From Selaginella moellendorffii (lineage: Eukaryota > Plantae > Lycopodiophyta): DNA of 64,000 nucleotides. The number at the start of each line of letters is the position of its first letter. Positions within the stretch are counted from its first letter, which is position 1. Below the pieces are notes generated by a model. The model was not told where the DNA came from and searched no databases. It saw nothing but the letters and a program-made list of their open reading frames with translations. This document shows positions 21,284 through 34,213 of the stretch, in pieces. Made by a program: the position numbers and the translations under genes. The stretch lies in assembly GCF_000143415.4 (NCBI RefSeq), contig NW_003314263.1:347114-411113 (forward strand), read 5' to 3'.

Positions 21284-22859
21284 TTAGCGATCGGGTGGCG
21301 GCGAGGATGGGAGAGGAGGCGGCGGCGAAGATGGTAGCGGAGGAGGAAAAGCGTCCTCCATTTCCACATCCTCATCAAACGGGGCAATCCATTCTTCACG
21401 AAAACTAGAAGAACACAAGAGAAAGAATGAAGAACTTGAGCCAAAATCTTTGCTCCTACCTTTTGCTGCCAGCCGCTGCCACTGGAGCCGAAACCATGCT
21501 GTCAGGACGAAACCCCCCCAAAAAAAGAGAAAGCAAAATCAGTTCTTCCAAAGATCGTGGAACTCGCAAAGAACCTCGCAAGAACTCAAGTTACCTCTGA
21601 TCGTGATCGGCTATCTTCTTGCGCGGTGGAGTGATACCCTCCTGCTTGATCTTCAAATACTTGTCTCTCAGCGACGCCACCATCGCTCGTCCCCTCTCGA
21701 CCTCGCCGCGGAGCAATCGAATATCTTCTCTCTGCCTGGCGATGATCACACGATCTCTATTCTCCTCCTGGATCATCGTCTGGACGCTGGCATCGCACTG
21801 CTGCTTGCGCTGGATGCTCGAGTGGACGTCCTCCGCGATCACCATCTTATCCGTGAGCACCCCCGCGTGATCCTTCTCCGCGCGATCTTGCTGCCCGAGC
21901 TTGTGATCCTCTTCCACGCGACCTTGATCTTGCTGCCCGAGCTTGTTCTTGATGATCCCAGTGAGCCACTCGCCGTGAGCAAACGTGCTCTTCCTCCTGG
22001 AGCTCGTCTTCGCGCCACGGGCGATCATCTTTCCCAGGTACTCCGCCCATCGCATCTTGATACCGAGCTTGTACGATCGATCCAGCGCGAGGAGGACCTC
22101 CACCGGCACGCAATGGAAGCACTCGCGGCGGGCGACGAGCTTCACCATAAGCATCATGCAAATCGCCTTCCACGCCTCCACATTCTCGCCAAGAACAAGG
22201 GCATCCACAGAGTAGCCGCGAGAGCTGTACTCCTTGAGATCGAGCACGATCGCGCCCAAGGCCGATCTCTCCTCCTTGGTCAGCACTGCCGAGGTCGAGA
22301 TCTCGCCACCATCGTCGCCGATCGGGAGCCTGGTGGCCGCAGAGACGCTGGCGGCATCGATCACCACGCGCTCACCTCTGACCATGGCGCTGGAGTTCCA
22401 AGGATCGAAATTTGTGAGGAACTCGTCGCAGAGGGAGCGATCGAGGGGCGGGAGGGGCTGCGCCGCGAACTCGTCCAGGCCCAGGGCGGCCAGGATCCGT
22501 CGCGCGCTGGGCTCCGCGAGGATGGGATCAAGATCCACGTCCCAGACCTTGCGGTAGACGAAGCCAGTGGGGATGGCGAACTTGGCCCCGTACCTCTTCC
22601 TCCTCTTCTTGATCATCTTCTCTCCCTGCTGCTGCTGCTGCTGCTGCTGGGCGATCATCGCGCGCTGGCCTCGGATCGCCTTGCCTCGCCGATGGAATGT
22701 CCGGAGGGTCCGGAGCTTCTGTGGATGGATTGGGCGATTCTCTGGAGCTACGATCCTCCAACACCGGGGCACATTCCTCGCGAGAAAAAGCTTCGCTCTC
22801 GAGCTCGCGCTGCTGCGCCGATCGATTCGAAAGCGCGGATCACTGCCAGGCCATCGCAT
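21284..22859 (-). CDS. Three-exon gene with a putative plant-transposon-derived domain, a coiled coil and a Pro-rich tail
   Basis: 422-aa exon 1 contains LCDEFLTNFD..MVRGERVVIDAASVSAATRLP. Two phase-compatible GT-AG introns join SMVSAPVAAAGSK and SFREEWIAPFDEDVEMEDAFPPPLPSSPPPPLPSSPPPDR*. Confidence 0.65.
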
Positions 22860-22992
22860 TTTCTCTCTCGCGGTTCACTAGCAAAGTATGTCCTTGTGTA
22901 GTACTAAAGGATAAGGTAATTAACTAATTCACGCTAACCGTACCACGCGTCCGTACGTCAAAAACTGCTAGACGAATATTCGACTATGATAA

Positions 22993-23217
22993 TTGAGGAT
23001 GAGAGTGAGAGTAGCCACCACTGCCACCATCGCCATCGTGAGAGTGAGAGTGAGTGTCTATCGTGAGAATGCCGAGTGTGAGTTATCCAACGTTGTGACC
23101 GCCATATGGTCGTGCGACTAGCGTCGTGAGAGCAGTGCCCGTGCCGCCGTGACGATCTTCCATGAGAGGAATAGCCTCCTGTCTATCCACCGTAAGGATT
23201 ATAGCCATGATCCACCA
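22993..23217 (-). pseudogene. Decayed duplicate fragments of the HUA2-like 3' (His/Gly-rich) exons
   Basis: GAGGATGAGAGTGxGAGTAGCCACC, GTGCCCGTGCCGCCGTGACGATCTTCCA, GAATAGCCTCCTGT and ATCCACCGTAAG..TAGCC.TGATCCAC match 28549-29207. Confidence 0.8.
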
Positions 23218-24829
23218 CTCTGGTGTTCCTGGCTTCTCCTGGGAGCCAACCGAGTCCGAGCAGCTCACAGCCTACGTGGAAGATTTCTTCTGGTGCTTGA
23301 TGGGCTTGATATCCATGGGGATTCGCGATCGCTCGGTGGAAAGCGAGGCAAAGCTACCCCGTGGCAAGCCAACCTCGATGGCATTCTCAACGGCCAGCCC
23401 CAGAGTGCTATCCGGGTAGAAAAACGGGCTTCCAACGTCCAGGCCACGGGAGAGATTGTCTGTCGCATTCTCGAATTTTTTAAGTTCAAGTTCTCTCGGA
23501 CCCTAGAGTGGAGACGCCCTGTTATTCTTCCTCGTCCACGCAGATGCCAATCTTGGGCAAGAGGGAGACCCACACCAATTGCCCCCCTCCTTTGCCAGCT
23601 TCCTGTTCGAGTATGACGGCTTGTGTTGCGTACAGCTTGAACCTTATTGAACTGAGCTCTACTTCCTGTGCTTGAGCATCTAGGCAGGGACCAGGTGCCT
23701 AGCGGGTATGTCGTTTCTGTTTCTTCGTATGCCAGCTTTTCTTTATCATTGTTCTTAGAATCTGTTGCTCTTCAAAAAACACCAGAGGGTGATGGTGAGG
23801 GATGCGTAAACAGCATCCATAATTGAGCGGATTACAAGAGAAATTATGGAACTGCTAAATTACACCTACAGTGGTGGTGTTCAACAGCTTGTTTCTGCTC
23901 GCTCTCCATGGCCCGATTTCTCTGCAACGTGCATGCAGCACTCACAGCGTATCTCCTTCAATGCCTTGAGGACCGACTTTGCTTCTGCGTTCCCATATCA
24001 GTGAGCGCACAAGACTTCACAAAGCCACAGTCCCATGCTACCATGGTGACCTTTTCTTCTTTCTTTCTTTCTAAAGGGGGTCACTGGGAATCCCGGCACG
24101 GTTTAAGGTTAAATCTGAGGACGAGTGCAAGAAGCTTGCTTGGGACATGCTTTGGCTGCTCTGGCTGCTCTTCACAAATTGGGCCTTGTTCAGCGTGATG
24201 TGAGGCTGGACAACATGATCTGGTCTACTGACAGGGTGTGCCGCTTATTCACTTAGAACTTGTTGCCAGGGATTAAGATGGCACAGTCACGGACTACACG
24301 TCGTTGTTAGTGCTGCTCGATCCATTGTCAACCTCCTATCATTGCTAACCGTGGTCAGCTGCTGGAGAAACTTCAATGCCGCGTCTCCACCACTGTCTAG
24401 CCAGTCCCCGCTACTGAAGAGCCCCTGGACTTTGGCAAAAGCTTCCATTGGCAAGCCACCGTTGTCTTCTATCAGCGACGGCACAGGTGCCACAGGGGAC
24501 GAAAATCCATCAGTCTCGCCAAAAAGCACCTAACAAAGAAAAGATCAATTTTGCCATGATTGGTTGAGCTTGCTTACCTCTGCTCGAAAGTCCTTGGAGA
24601 AGCGCTTCTTCCCCTTCAATGTCATCCCGGTTGAGCATCAGGATGTTGGAGCGGATGAAAGCGGTGTTAAACATGCAAAACGTTGGTGAATCAGAAGTAT
24701 GCTAAGACTTGCTTGAGAAGGTGTTAGAAAAGCTACAGCATGAGTGCAAAACATTTGTCCAAGTGCTCAAGAGCCATGGCTCAAGATGCTTTTTCATATG
24801 TGCAAAGGAAGGGGTGTGTAGGTGTCACG

Positions 24830-26260
24830 ATTAATTTCATTATAAGTTTTGGTTAAAAACACAAGAAAATTATGTCCATTACATTTCATTAGAAAATAAT
24901 ATTTATTTATTTATTATTTTAATTTATTTAAAAATTTTACAATAATTATTTTTATAAATTAATCATAAATAAATAAAAGGTAAAATTATATATTACATAT
25001 TATATAAAATTTATAAATAAAATATTGAATTAGCACATATCTAAAATAATGTCTCTCTTTGCTAACCAAATCAATATAAGCATAATATCATATTTTAGAA
25101 CAGTAAACCATGATATCTTACAATAAAGTGATAAAAAATGATACATAAATTTATAAAAAATATTTATTAATTTTAAAATTATTTAATATTAAATTTTTAT
25201 ATTGCATTTGCATATTCAATCTTTGGTGGGAAACAAAAACTATTACAAAAAATAACAACTCATTAATGGTTTACTAAATTTTTTTTACAGTTAGTACAAC
25301 AAACACAACTCTTTCTACTGGGGTAAAATGTTTCACTTGTGGAATTTGATATAATGTATATATATTTATGCAGCTAAAAATTATTGTTGATTAGTTCCTT
25401 ATGTTATATTATTTACAAAGCTTGACCGCAAAAGATCTTGCATATCAAAAATTTATAAACGTTGCAAAGATACTAGTATGCATCCAAAATGCATTAAATA
25501 AGATTTATTTGTGGAATTTATATATAATATGTATATATTTGCCATACCTTAAATTTAACTGATTTTATACCTTTCAAAAAATGTTTTGTCTCTTATAGAA
25601 TGGTGATTGTTTTTGAATATTTCAAAAAAAATATGAAAATGAAAAATATTTAAGGTGGACAAAGTCGTGGTAGTTAGCAATCGTGAATTGCAAGCGTTTA
25701 CCGATGGATCCTTTAAGCGTGGAGTTTTTGGTAGTTATGAAGTATTTATCCTAAGAGTTTTCATGCGACTCGCTTGTGGGAGAAAGACAAACTACGACCT
25801 AAAATAAATTTATTCTTGGTATGTATTGATAAATAAAAATTATTTATTGTAAACTTTATTTTTTGAAAGGTTATGGATATATTTTCTTCTTGAAAAATAA
25901 TGTCTTACCATCTCACTAATAGATTTAATTACAAATGAAATTAACATTATAGCAATTTTAGATATTTTAAAAGTGTAAATAAATAAATAAATATATATAT
26001 ATATATATATTGTAAAAATATTAAATATTTTTTATTTAAATTATTAATTATATTAATATAATTAATTTTAAGTTTTTATTTTTTTTCTATTTTTATAGCT
26101 GCAATTATGTAATTATTAAAGCTATTCTTTTAGAGAATAAAAAGCTATCTTGTATGTCTTTACTATCTTTGGAAACCCTAACTCTCATAAAAGTCTTATT
26201 TATTATCTTCATAGTATCAAACCAAATATGTAAGAATTTCTATAAACAAGTTCCAGAGTC
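24830..26260. other. Very AT-rich non-coding island (possible decayed TE)
   Basis: Abrupt composition shift, no credible ORF, (TA)n runs. Confidence 0.5.
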
Positions 26261-26424
26261 ATCCAAGTTTTTTCAAAGTAAGGCACTGTTTTTGGCAGTT
26301 GGTTGGGGTAAGATTTTCCTGGATGAACACAAGAACAAGTCCTGCTGAAACCCACCGCATATAAAAAATAACAGCGACAAGTTTTTTAAGGAAAAAGCTC
26401 TAAGTTGACACACAGCCACATACT

Positions 26425-27956
26425 TCAGCGATTGGGTAGCGGCGAGGATGGGAGAGGCGGCGGCGGTGAAGATAGGAAACGCATTCTCCATTTCCACATC
26501 CTCATCAAACGGGGCAATCCCTTCTTTACGAAAACTAGAAGAACACAAGAGAAAGAGTGAAGAAAACCCACAACTTTGATGCAAAATCTATCTTTTCTTG
26601 CCAGCCGCTGCCCACTGGACGCGAATCCATGCTGTCAGGACGAAACCCAAGAAGAAAAAAAAGAAAAAAAAACCCATCAGTCTTCCAAAGATCGTGGAAC
26701 TCGCAAGAACCTCGCCAAACTCCAAGTTACCTCTGATCGATCTTCTTGCGCTGTGGAGTGATAGCCCCTTGCTTGCTCTGCTCTTTCAGCGAGGCCACAA
26801 TCGCTCGTCCCCGCTCGACGTACCCGCGGAGCAATCGAATCTCTTCTCTCAGCTTGGCGGGCTCCCGATCTCTCCCTCCATCCTCCTGGAACGCTGGCAT
26901 CGAGCTGCTGCCTGCGCTGGATGCTCGAGTGAAGATCGCGCGGAGAAGGAGGAGGATCACGCGGGCGTGCTCACGGACAAGATGGTGATCGCCGAGGACG
27001 TCGCTGCCCAAGCTTGTGATCCTCGTCCAAGCGAACTTGATCTTGCTGTCCGAGCTTGTTCTTGATGATCCCAGTGAGCCACTCGCCGTGAGTGCTCTTC
27101 CTCTTGGGGCTCGTTTTCGCGCCGCGGGTGATCATCTTTCCCAGGTACTCCGCCCACCGCATCTTGATACCGAGCTTGCACGATCGATCCAGCGCGAGGA
27201 GCATCTCCACCGGCACGGAATGGAAGCACTCGCGGCGGGCGACGAGCTTCACCATAAGCATCATGCAAATCGCCTTCCACGCCTCCACATTTTCGCCAAG
27301 AACAAGGTCGTGGACAGAGTATCCGCGAAAGGTGTGCTCCTTGACATCGAGCATGATCCTTGACGATGAGCATCGAACATCGAACGCCCAATGCCGATCG
27401 TTCCTCCTTCGTCAGCACTGCCCCGGTGGAAGAAATCTTATCGTGCTCCAAGTCGCCGATCGGGAGCCCGGTGGCCGCAGAGACGCTGGTGGCGTCGATC
27501 ACCACGCGCTCGCCTCTGACCATGGAGCTCCGATGATCGAAGTTTGTGAAGAACTCGTCGCAGAGGGAGCGATCGAGGGGCGGGAGGGGCTGCGCCACGA
27601 ACTCGTCCAGGCCCAGGGCCTCCTGGAGCTGCCGCGCGCTGGGCTCCGCGAGAATGGGAAGATCCACGTCCCAGGAGGAAGCCAGTGGGAGTGGCGAACC
27701 TGGCCCCATTCCTGATCTTCTTCCTCTTGATCGTCTTCTTCCTCTTGATCCTGCTGGGCGATAACCGCGCGCTTGCCTTGGATCGCCTTGCTCCGCCGCT
27801 GAATGTCCGGAGCTTCTTTGGATGCTTTGGATGGATTGGGCGAGCTACGATAGCAAGCTCCTCCAACACCGGGGCACATTCCTCGTGAGAAAAAGTTTCG
27901 GTCGCGAGCTCGCGCTGCTGCGCCGATCGATTTCTATAGCGTGGATCACCTCCCAC
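26425..27956 (-). pseudogene. Frameshifted second full-length copy of the 21284-22859 gene
   Basis: Homologous peptides are split over four frames (27438-27956, 26957-27709, 26971-27354, 26727-27011). Both introns and the last exons are retained. Confidence 0.85.
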
Positions 27957-28282
27957 ATTGAGCCGTCAAAGAAAAAACGATCAAAGAAAAAAAGAGAAGC
28001 TATACCTCTTCTTCCATCGCTGCTTGCGTGATCAAACTCTCGCTGCAGAACAAGCATTCTTCATTGGATCAAAGCTCTCAAGCATTTCTTCATTGGCGGG
28101 CATAGCCGCGAACAGTATATTCTATCAAAGATGCCTTTTGTACGACACAGCTCATACATCCGACAAGTGGAAAAGACGCGAGTTCCGAGTGAAAAGCAGT
28201 ACACCTCGAGGCGTGCACCTGCCGTCTGGTAAGATCTTTTTCTTTTTTTTTTTTTTTTTTTTTTTTTTTGAACAATGGCTCT

Positions 28283-28382
28283 NNNNNNNNNNNNNNNNNN
28301 NNNNNNNNNNNNNNNNNNNNNNNNNNNNNNNNNNNNNNNNNNNNNNNNNNNNNNNNNNNNNNNNNNNNNNNNNNNNNNNNNN
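28283..28382. other. Assembly gap (100 N) next to a poly-T run
   Basis: N run in the sequence. Confidence 0.99.
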
Positions 28383-28433
28383 CCCAAAAACTTTTCCTCC
28401 AAACCTTGGACGAATCGGATCACCACCACCACC

Positions 28434-31400
28434 TCAACGCCTGGAGCAGCGATTTTATGGACAAAGTAAACACAGAAAAGAGAGAGACAGAGAGGAAGAG
28501 AGGTCTCTCGCACTCACCAGTTTGGATAGTGAGAGTAGCCATCGTGGTGAGGATGAGAGTGGGAGTAGCCACCGCCGCCACCATCGTGAGAATGAGAGTG
28601 AGAGTGCTGGTATCCACCGCCGCCACCATCGTGAGAATGCGAGTGTGAGTGAGACCGCGAGTATCCACCACCGTCGTGACCGCCATAGTCATGCGAGTAG
28701 CCACCACCAGCGTCGTGGGAGTAGTGCCCGTGCCGCCGTGACGATCTTCCACTGCTTCCATGATGCATTTGATGATCCGGAGGTGGCGTCATGTAACCCG
28801 ACGAATAACGCCCGTGGGAAGAATAGCCTCCTGTTCAGCGAGCTTAGTCACGAAGATCACAACCAAAAGAAGAAAAGAGCTTACCATCGTAGTGACTTTG
28901 CATATAATGCGGTCCATTCTGGTGATAGTAGTCCGCCCCGTGATCCCCATATCTGTTATCGTGGTGCGAGTGATAGTAGTGGTCGTCTGGAGCGCTGTGC
29001 ATGTATCGGCTCCTGGGAGACGGCTCGGACCAGTGGCCTCCAGCTTCACCATAAGCCTGGTAAGGATAATCTCCCTGGTAAGAGTGACCATCGGCCGGAT
29101 AGTGCTGTCCACCGTAGTGATGTCCGTGGTGACCGTCGTACTGAGGAGATATCGGACCCGGTGGCATGTCTGAAAATCCACCGTAAGAATTGTAGCCGTG
29201 ATCCACTGGCATGCCGTAGCCTTCGTCACCGTAGACACCCGGGTTGTAGTGCTCGTAAGATTCAGGCCCGTTGGATGGCTGCTGCACAGCGTTTCGAGCA
29301 TGGTGGTAACCTGGAGAGAAGCTGTCTGGATAGGCACCTGGATCGGCTACGTCTTGAGGTGGTGGCGGCGGAGACGAAGGTGGCGGTGGAGGAGGAGTGC
29401 TCGGAGGCGGAGAGGAAGGTAGCGGAGGCGGACTGGGAGGGGGACAGATCGGGAGCGGCGGACCTGTAAGAATGGACGCTGGAGAAACGTACTGCCTTTG
29501 CCAGGTATCCGTCTCTGGCGAGACGTCCTCCATCTCGAGCTCCCCGTCCACGTCTTCCAGGACATGACGATGTCTCTCCACGGGATCGTGAGGTGTAACA
29601 GTCGCAACTGCGTAATCTTCACCGGCGTTTGCTTCCGTTCCACCCGCGTTGGCTTCTTCTTCGTCTTCAAACATACGCGGGATACTGACACCAGGTAACG
29701 TAAAGCTTGCATTGCTGCAAGAACTTAGAGAATTGACAACTCCGAAAGTATAAAACGAGAACTTACCTTCCATACTCGTCGACTTGCATTCCTTCCATTT
29801 CTCGTATGGGATCATCGACGGGGCGTTCGTTTCTAGCAGGCCGTCGGCTCATATTCATAAGCACTCTGTCGCAATTGTGTAGCTCAATCTCACGCATGAA
29901 GTGCCGTATGACAGTCGGGGGAAATACATTTCGTTCATGCCAGAGTTTAAACACCTGCAAGACCACATAGCTTAACTGTCAAGAAGAATGCAGGTATATG
30001 CACAAACCTTACTTTTAAACATTGGCGACGGTTCTCCCTAGCAAAATTCCCCGGTGGTGCTGCAGAGCTTAACAACCGGGGTAAGGCATTGTGTACAATG
30101 TGTCGGTACACGCCAGCGGGTGTACCTGGAACAAAGCACGCAAAGTTAGAACTCCAGGAAAAAGTAAAGGAAAACATGCATCTGTACCTCGCAAATTATG
30201 TGAACTCACAGTAATGGAATCCACAAGAAAGAATAAGTCGATGCGCCGGGATAAGCTTTGCTCCGCTTCCAATCTCTTCGCTATGATATCGATTACCTGA
30301 TAACAGCAACGTCAATACAATATATATGAAAGTCAAAAGGATCGAAAGAAACCTGGTCGGCAAGATTGAGCTTAGCACAATCTATAGCCTGCCGTGTCGC
30401 ACAATGTATGCTCTCTTTGGCGCGAGACAAATTGTCCAGTAACCCCTCAAAGACATTCCTCGCAGTCTCCGCTTCATCATTAGCAGTCGGCAGAGAAGGT
30501 AAATCTTTGCTCGCTCCAGAGGCCTGCTCCATAACAATTTCAGGTCCGGTACCAACATCCATCGGAGTCACAGGTCCTGGTACTTTGGACTGAACTGCTG
30601 CCATTATATACTTCATAGACGTGGATGTATCACCGTCTTTTGACGCCAGCTTCTGCTTCAGCTCCTTGGCAGCTTCATACCTGTAAATGTGAACCAGTTT
30701 TAAGAAGAAACGTTCACTAGATAGCAGAAAATACTTACGCTTTCCGAACATTGTTGTCGCTATGAGGCTTCGACGCTGAAATATCATTCAGCTTGAATGA
30801 ATCCTGATGTCCTGCCGCCTTCGTTCTCAAAGAGCTTGTTCTCGCAGACGTGTGTTCGTTTTCACTCGCTAAAGATTCACCGGAGTGGCTTTCAGTCGTA
30901 CCTCTTTCTGAAACAAGACTGGAGGTTTCCGTTCCATGTCTCACGGGAGAATGCCTCCTCATTTTGGAGTTCGAAGTTTTTGGTTTGTCCGTAGAAAGGC
31001 CCCTAGCCTTCGTCGTACCGGGAGAAGTCTCGGAGATTCCAGGCTTTGAAGAGTGCCGACTGCCACGTCCAGAAGTATCAAGCTTCTCAAGCTGAACCTT
31101 GGTGCCACCTTCGCGTGAAGACTTCACCGTAACAGCATGATCAAAAAGCACTTTGTTTCCTTCTTCTCGAAGTGCCGGAGAAACTGGAGAATATCTCATA
31201 CTTCCGGGAGAGATCTTCGCTGGAGACATACTCTGTAGCCTCTCTAGCGCTGTTTTCGCAAGAGCACCATCCTTTCGATATAAAGAAACCTCAAAGTGGT
31301 TTTCCAGTTTCCTCTTGTCCTCTCCTCTGTGAAACTTCGACAAGTGTGAAGAACGCCCCCACCATGCAGACGGCGAGTTCTTCTCCGGCTGCCTTCTTTC

Positions 31401-33791
31401 TTTCGGAGCTCCTTGCCCATCAATAGACAGACGACCTTTGCTAACAGGCTCGTCCCTTCGGACTAGAGACTCCGCGTGAAATCGAGCAATCTGACCGTCA
31501 TCCGCCCTCGGAGACACGGGAGAATACTTCATGTCAGCCATACTTGGAGTTTTAGCTTCTGAGTTTTCCGCGGTGCTTTGAAGCTCGTCACTCTTCGATT
31601 CAAACTCCAGAACACCAGCTTTTACGTCACTCTTGCCCTCGGAAAGATCCATGGAGACGGGCGACAATGCAGAAGACAAGGGAGTCCTATCCTCTGGATT
31701 GGGAGTCCTATCCTCTGGATTGTCCACGACAGTAACATTCTGAGTTCCACCAGCATCAGAAGGAGGTCCTGTTTCAACATCCCTTCTGTCTTCCCCGAGA
31801 GTGTTACCGGATGGACTTGCCTGAACCTTAGCTTGAGATGAAATAGCCGACTCTGCCTTTACTACCAGTTCTTCTGCAACCTCTACAACTTCTTGAACAG
31901 CGGGACTGACGGGGGTATCCTGAGTAGCTTCGGCCTTCACTGAAACTTGGATACTGGTCACCGAGAGGACTTCTGATTGCTGCAGATCTTCACTGCCCAG
32001 GCCAACCGACGCAGGGTCCATTTCCTTGTCCACAAACTCTTTAGAAGTAACGGTGACCTCCTGTAGCTTATCAGCGTCATCAGCGACACAATTCTTGACC
32101 ACCACCCCCTCACTCAATCTCGTCTGCTCAGTAGAATCGGACTTCTGGCTGACGTTGTCAGGTGTTTCCTCCACCTTTGCATCCCTAGCAGTTTCTTCTT
32201 TGGCAGCTTCTGCGACGCACGCGGTCATAGCTTCTAAGGCACGATGAAGTCGCTTTGATGGAGGAAGAGCCGCTTCACTGTCTGCAAGACTGTTGCGCAT
32301 TCTATACTTCTCTGCTTTAGGAGGTAAGCTAAGTCCAGTATACTTCTCCTCGAATCTCGGTTTTCCATCTGATGCTCTCTCTTCTGTTGCCTTCGTCGAC
32401 TCTGAACCATTGCAAGTCGGTGTGTCCGTTGTCGACGAAGGTGGTGAATGTGGGGCTCCCCTTTTCTCCTCTTCCTCGCTGTGCTTATCAAGCGCTGGCT
32501 CCTTCGCAGCTCTAGCTCTGGCTCTCTTCACGATAGGTAGATTACTATCAGGATCTTGAGTGATTGGAGACGTCTCGTTAGAAGTGTCCGGCTTATCTTT
32601 GTTGTGATCAGAGTCTGTTTCCGCGGACCTTGATTCAAAAGCCGGTCGAAGCCTCTTCTTCAACGTAACCTTCCGCCTAAACGTGTACTCTTGAAACTCA
32701 TCTGCGGTTGGTGGCGTAGCGTGGTCCTCGTCGCTATTATCCTGAAAAAATAAATGTAAGTCAAGTACCGTTGGATGCCATAACTTACATCTTTCCGAAC
32801 CACTCCTCGAGGCGTAGATGCTTTCACAGTCATCTGCTTCCTCTTCTTCCGACAAAAATTCGGAGGGAATACAGGCGTCGTAGAATTTACAGGTGCTGAC
32901 TTCCTAGACTTCGCGGGCGTCCTTTGCTTTGCGGGCTTCTCAGCCTTGCCAGCCTTCTTCTTGTCCGCTCGCACGGCAGAAGGTACATTGACAACCTCCT
33001 CGTTGAAGAAGTCAAAACTGTCAAAGGTGTCGAGCTCTTCGTGCGAAGCGAAATTCGTCTGGACCTTCTCGTGCAGCACAATTCCTTTCGGAGTCGTATC
33101 ATCGTCCGAATTCCCATCCAACGAGCTACCTGATCCCCATCCTAAATCGTAGTCCTCCATCTCTGACGTCCCCCCATTCCCTGCCTGCCCCTCTACGTCA
33201 AGCTTACCACCTAGATCCATTACACAACTAGCCTCGCCATCTTCTAGCTCCCTAAACTCTATCCCGCTTCTACCATTCATATCTCCATCTCCCGAGCCTA
33301 CTTCTACCTTCTCGGCTACGTCGCAGATCTCACTCACCGCAAGGCGAAGGTCGGCCGGCGTACACTTCGAGTGGGCTTTAGCGACGAGCGAAGCTTTGGC
33401 CTCCGGAGTGAACTTCGAGATCTCGGAGTGATGGCAAAATCGTCTGGAAGAATTCATTCCAGCGTCAACAAGAGTAAAACTAGCTATTGATAACAAAGGG
33501 CGAAAGAAAAAAGGGGCTACTTACATCTGCTTAGTTCCAAAGAAGACCACGAACACGCGGGCCGGATTGTGATGCTGACCAAATGCCTCTGGTTTGCTCA
33601 CCTACAGGGATCTTCGCCTTCTTGTTATCAAGAATTTCTAGCAAAAGGCACAAAGAAGAAGCTCAAATTACCTGGGCCGGCCATGCCGGGAATCCCTTCA
33701 CCTTTGCCAGCACCAAATCCCCCACGCTCCATTCGGCGGCAGCGGCAGCGGCAATCGACGAGCTCCTGCCTCGCTTCTTGCTCGGCGCCAT
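28434..33791 (-). CDS. HUA2: HUA2-like protein (PWWP + CID/RPR + Pro-rich), multi-exon
   Basis: MAPSKKRG..WSVGDLVLAKVKGFPAWPA, EAALPPSKRLHRALEAM, LSRAKESIHCATRQAIDCAK, RRIDLFFLVDSIT, ENRRQCLKV, PIREMEGMQVDEYG and HRHVLEDVDGELEMEDVSP. Ends NWR*. Confidence 0.92.
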
Positions 33792-34213
33792 CGGACGAAA
33801 TCCACCGCTAGCCCATCCTCCCGCGAAGAAGCGTCATCGCGAGCAGAAGCGCGAGTGGAAATCATTCAGCCGAGCCCTTTCCTAGCCCCGGCGGGATCCA
33901 GCGCTCGCCTAGACCAGCTCGTCATGCCACAGCGCACTAAACCCTAGCGCTCTCTCCCCCGTCACACAACCCTAGATAACAAATCCGTGCCGTCCACTGG
34001 CGCCAATCGACGGCCGGCTAGAGACATGCATGCGTGTTGCCCTCTTCCCAGCTCTAGATCTCGTCCAAGAGCCCTAATTCTCTCGTGGGAGGTGTGAGAG
34101 AGACGACCAAGGCCATGGGATTCGAACGCTCGCACTTAGGGTAATTGTTCTCTGTGTAATCGATCGATCGATCGAGAGTTCTCCGATCGATAGCAAAATC
34201 TCTCTCGCGGAGA

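Noticed and set aside
21450-22901. 483-aa plus-strand ORF
   Set aside because: Antisense shadow of the GC-rich minus-strand gene, which has the splice sites and domain signal.
23205-23300. PGFSWEPTESEQLTAY resembles the NAC subdomain A start
   Set aside because: The match is short and no downstream NAC subdomains follow.
27958-29469. 503-aa plus-strand ORF
   Set aside because: It spans the N gap and is antisense to the low-complexity HUA2 tail, so it is an artefact.
31680-31721. Exact 21-bp tandem duplication (NPEDRTP x2) in HUA2
   Set aside because: Ordinary in-frame slippage in a disordered region.
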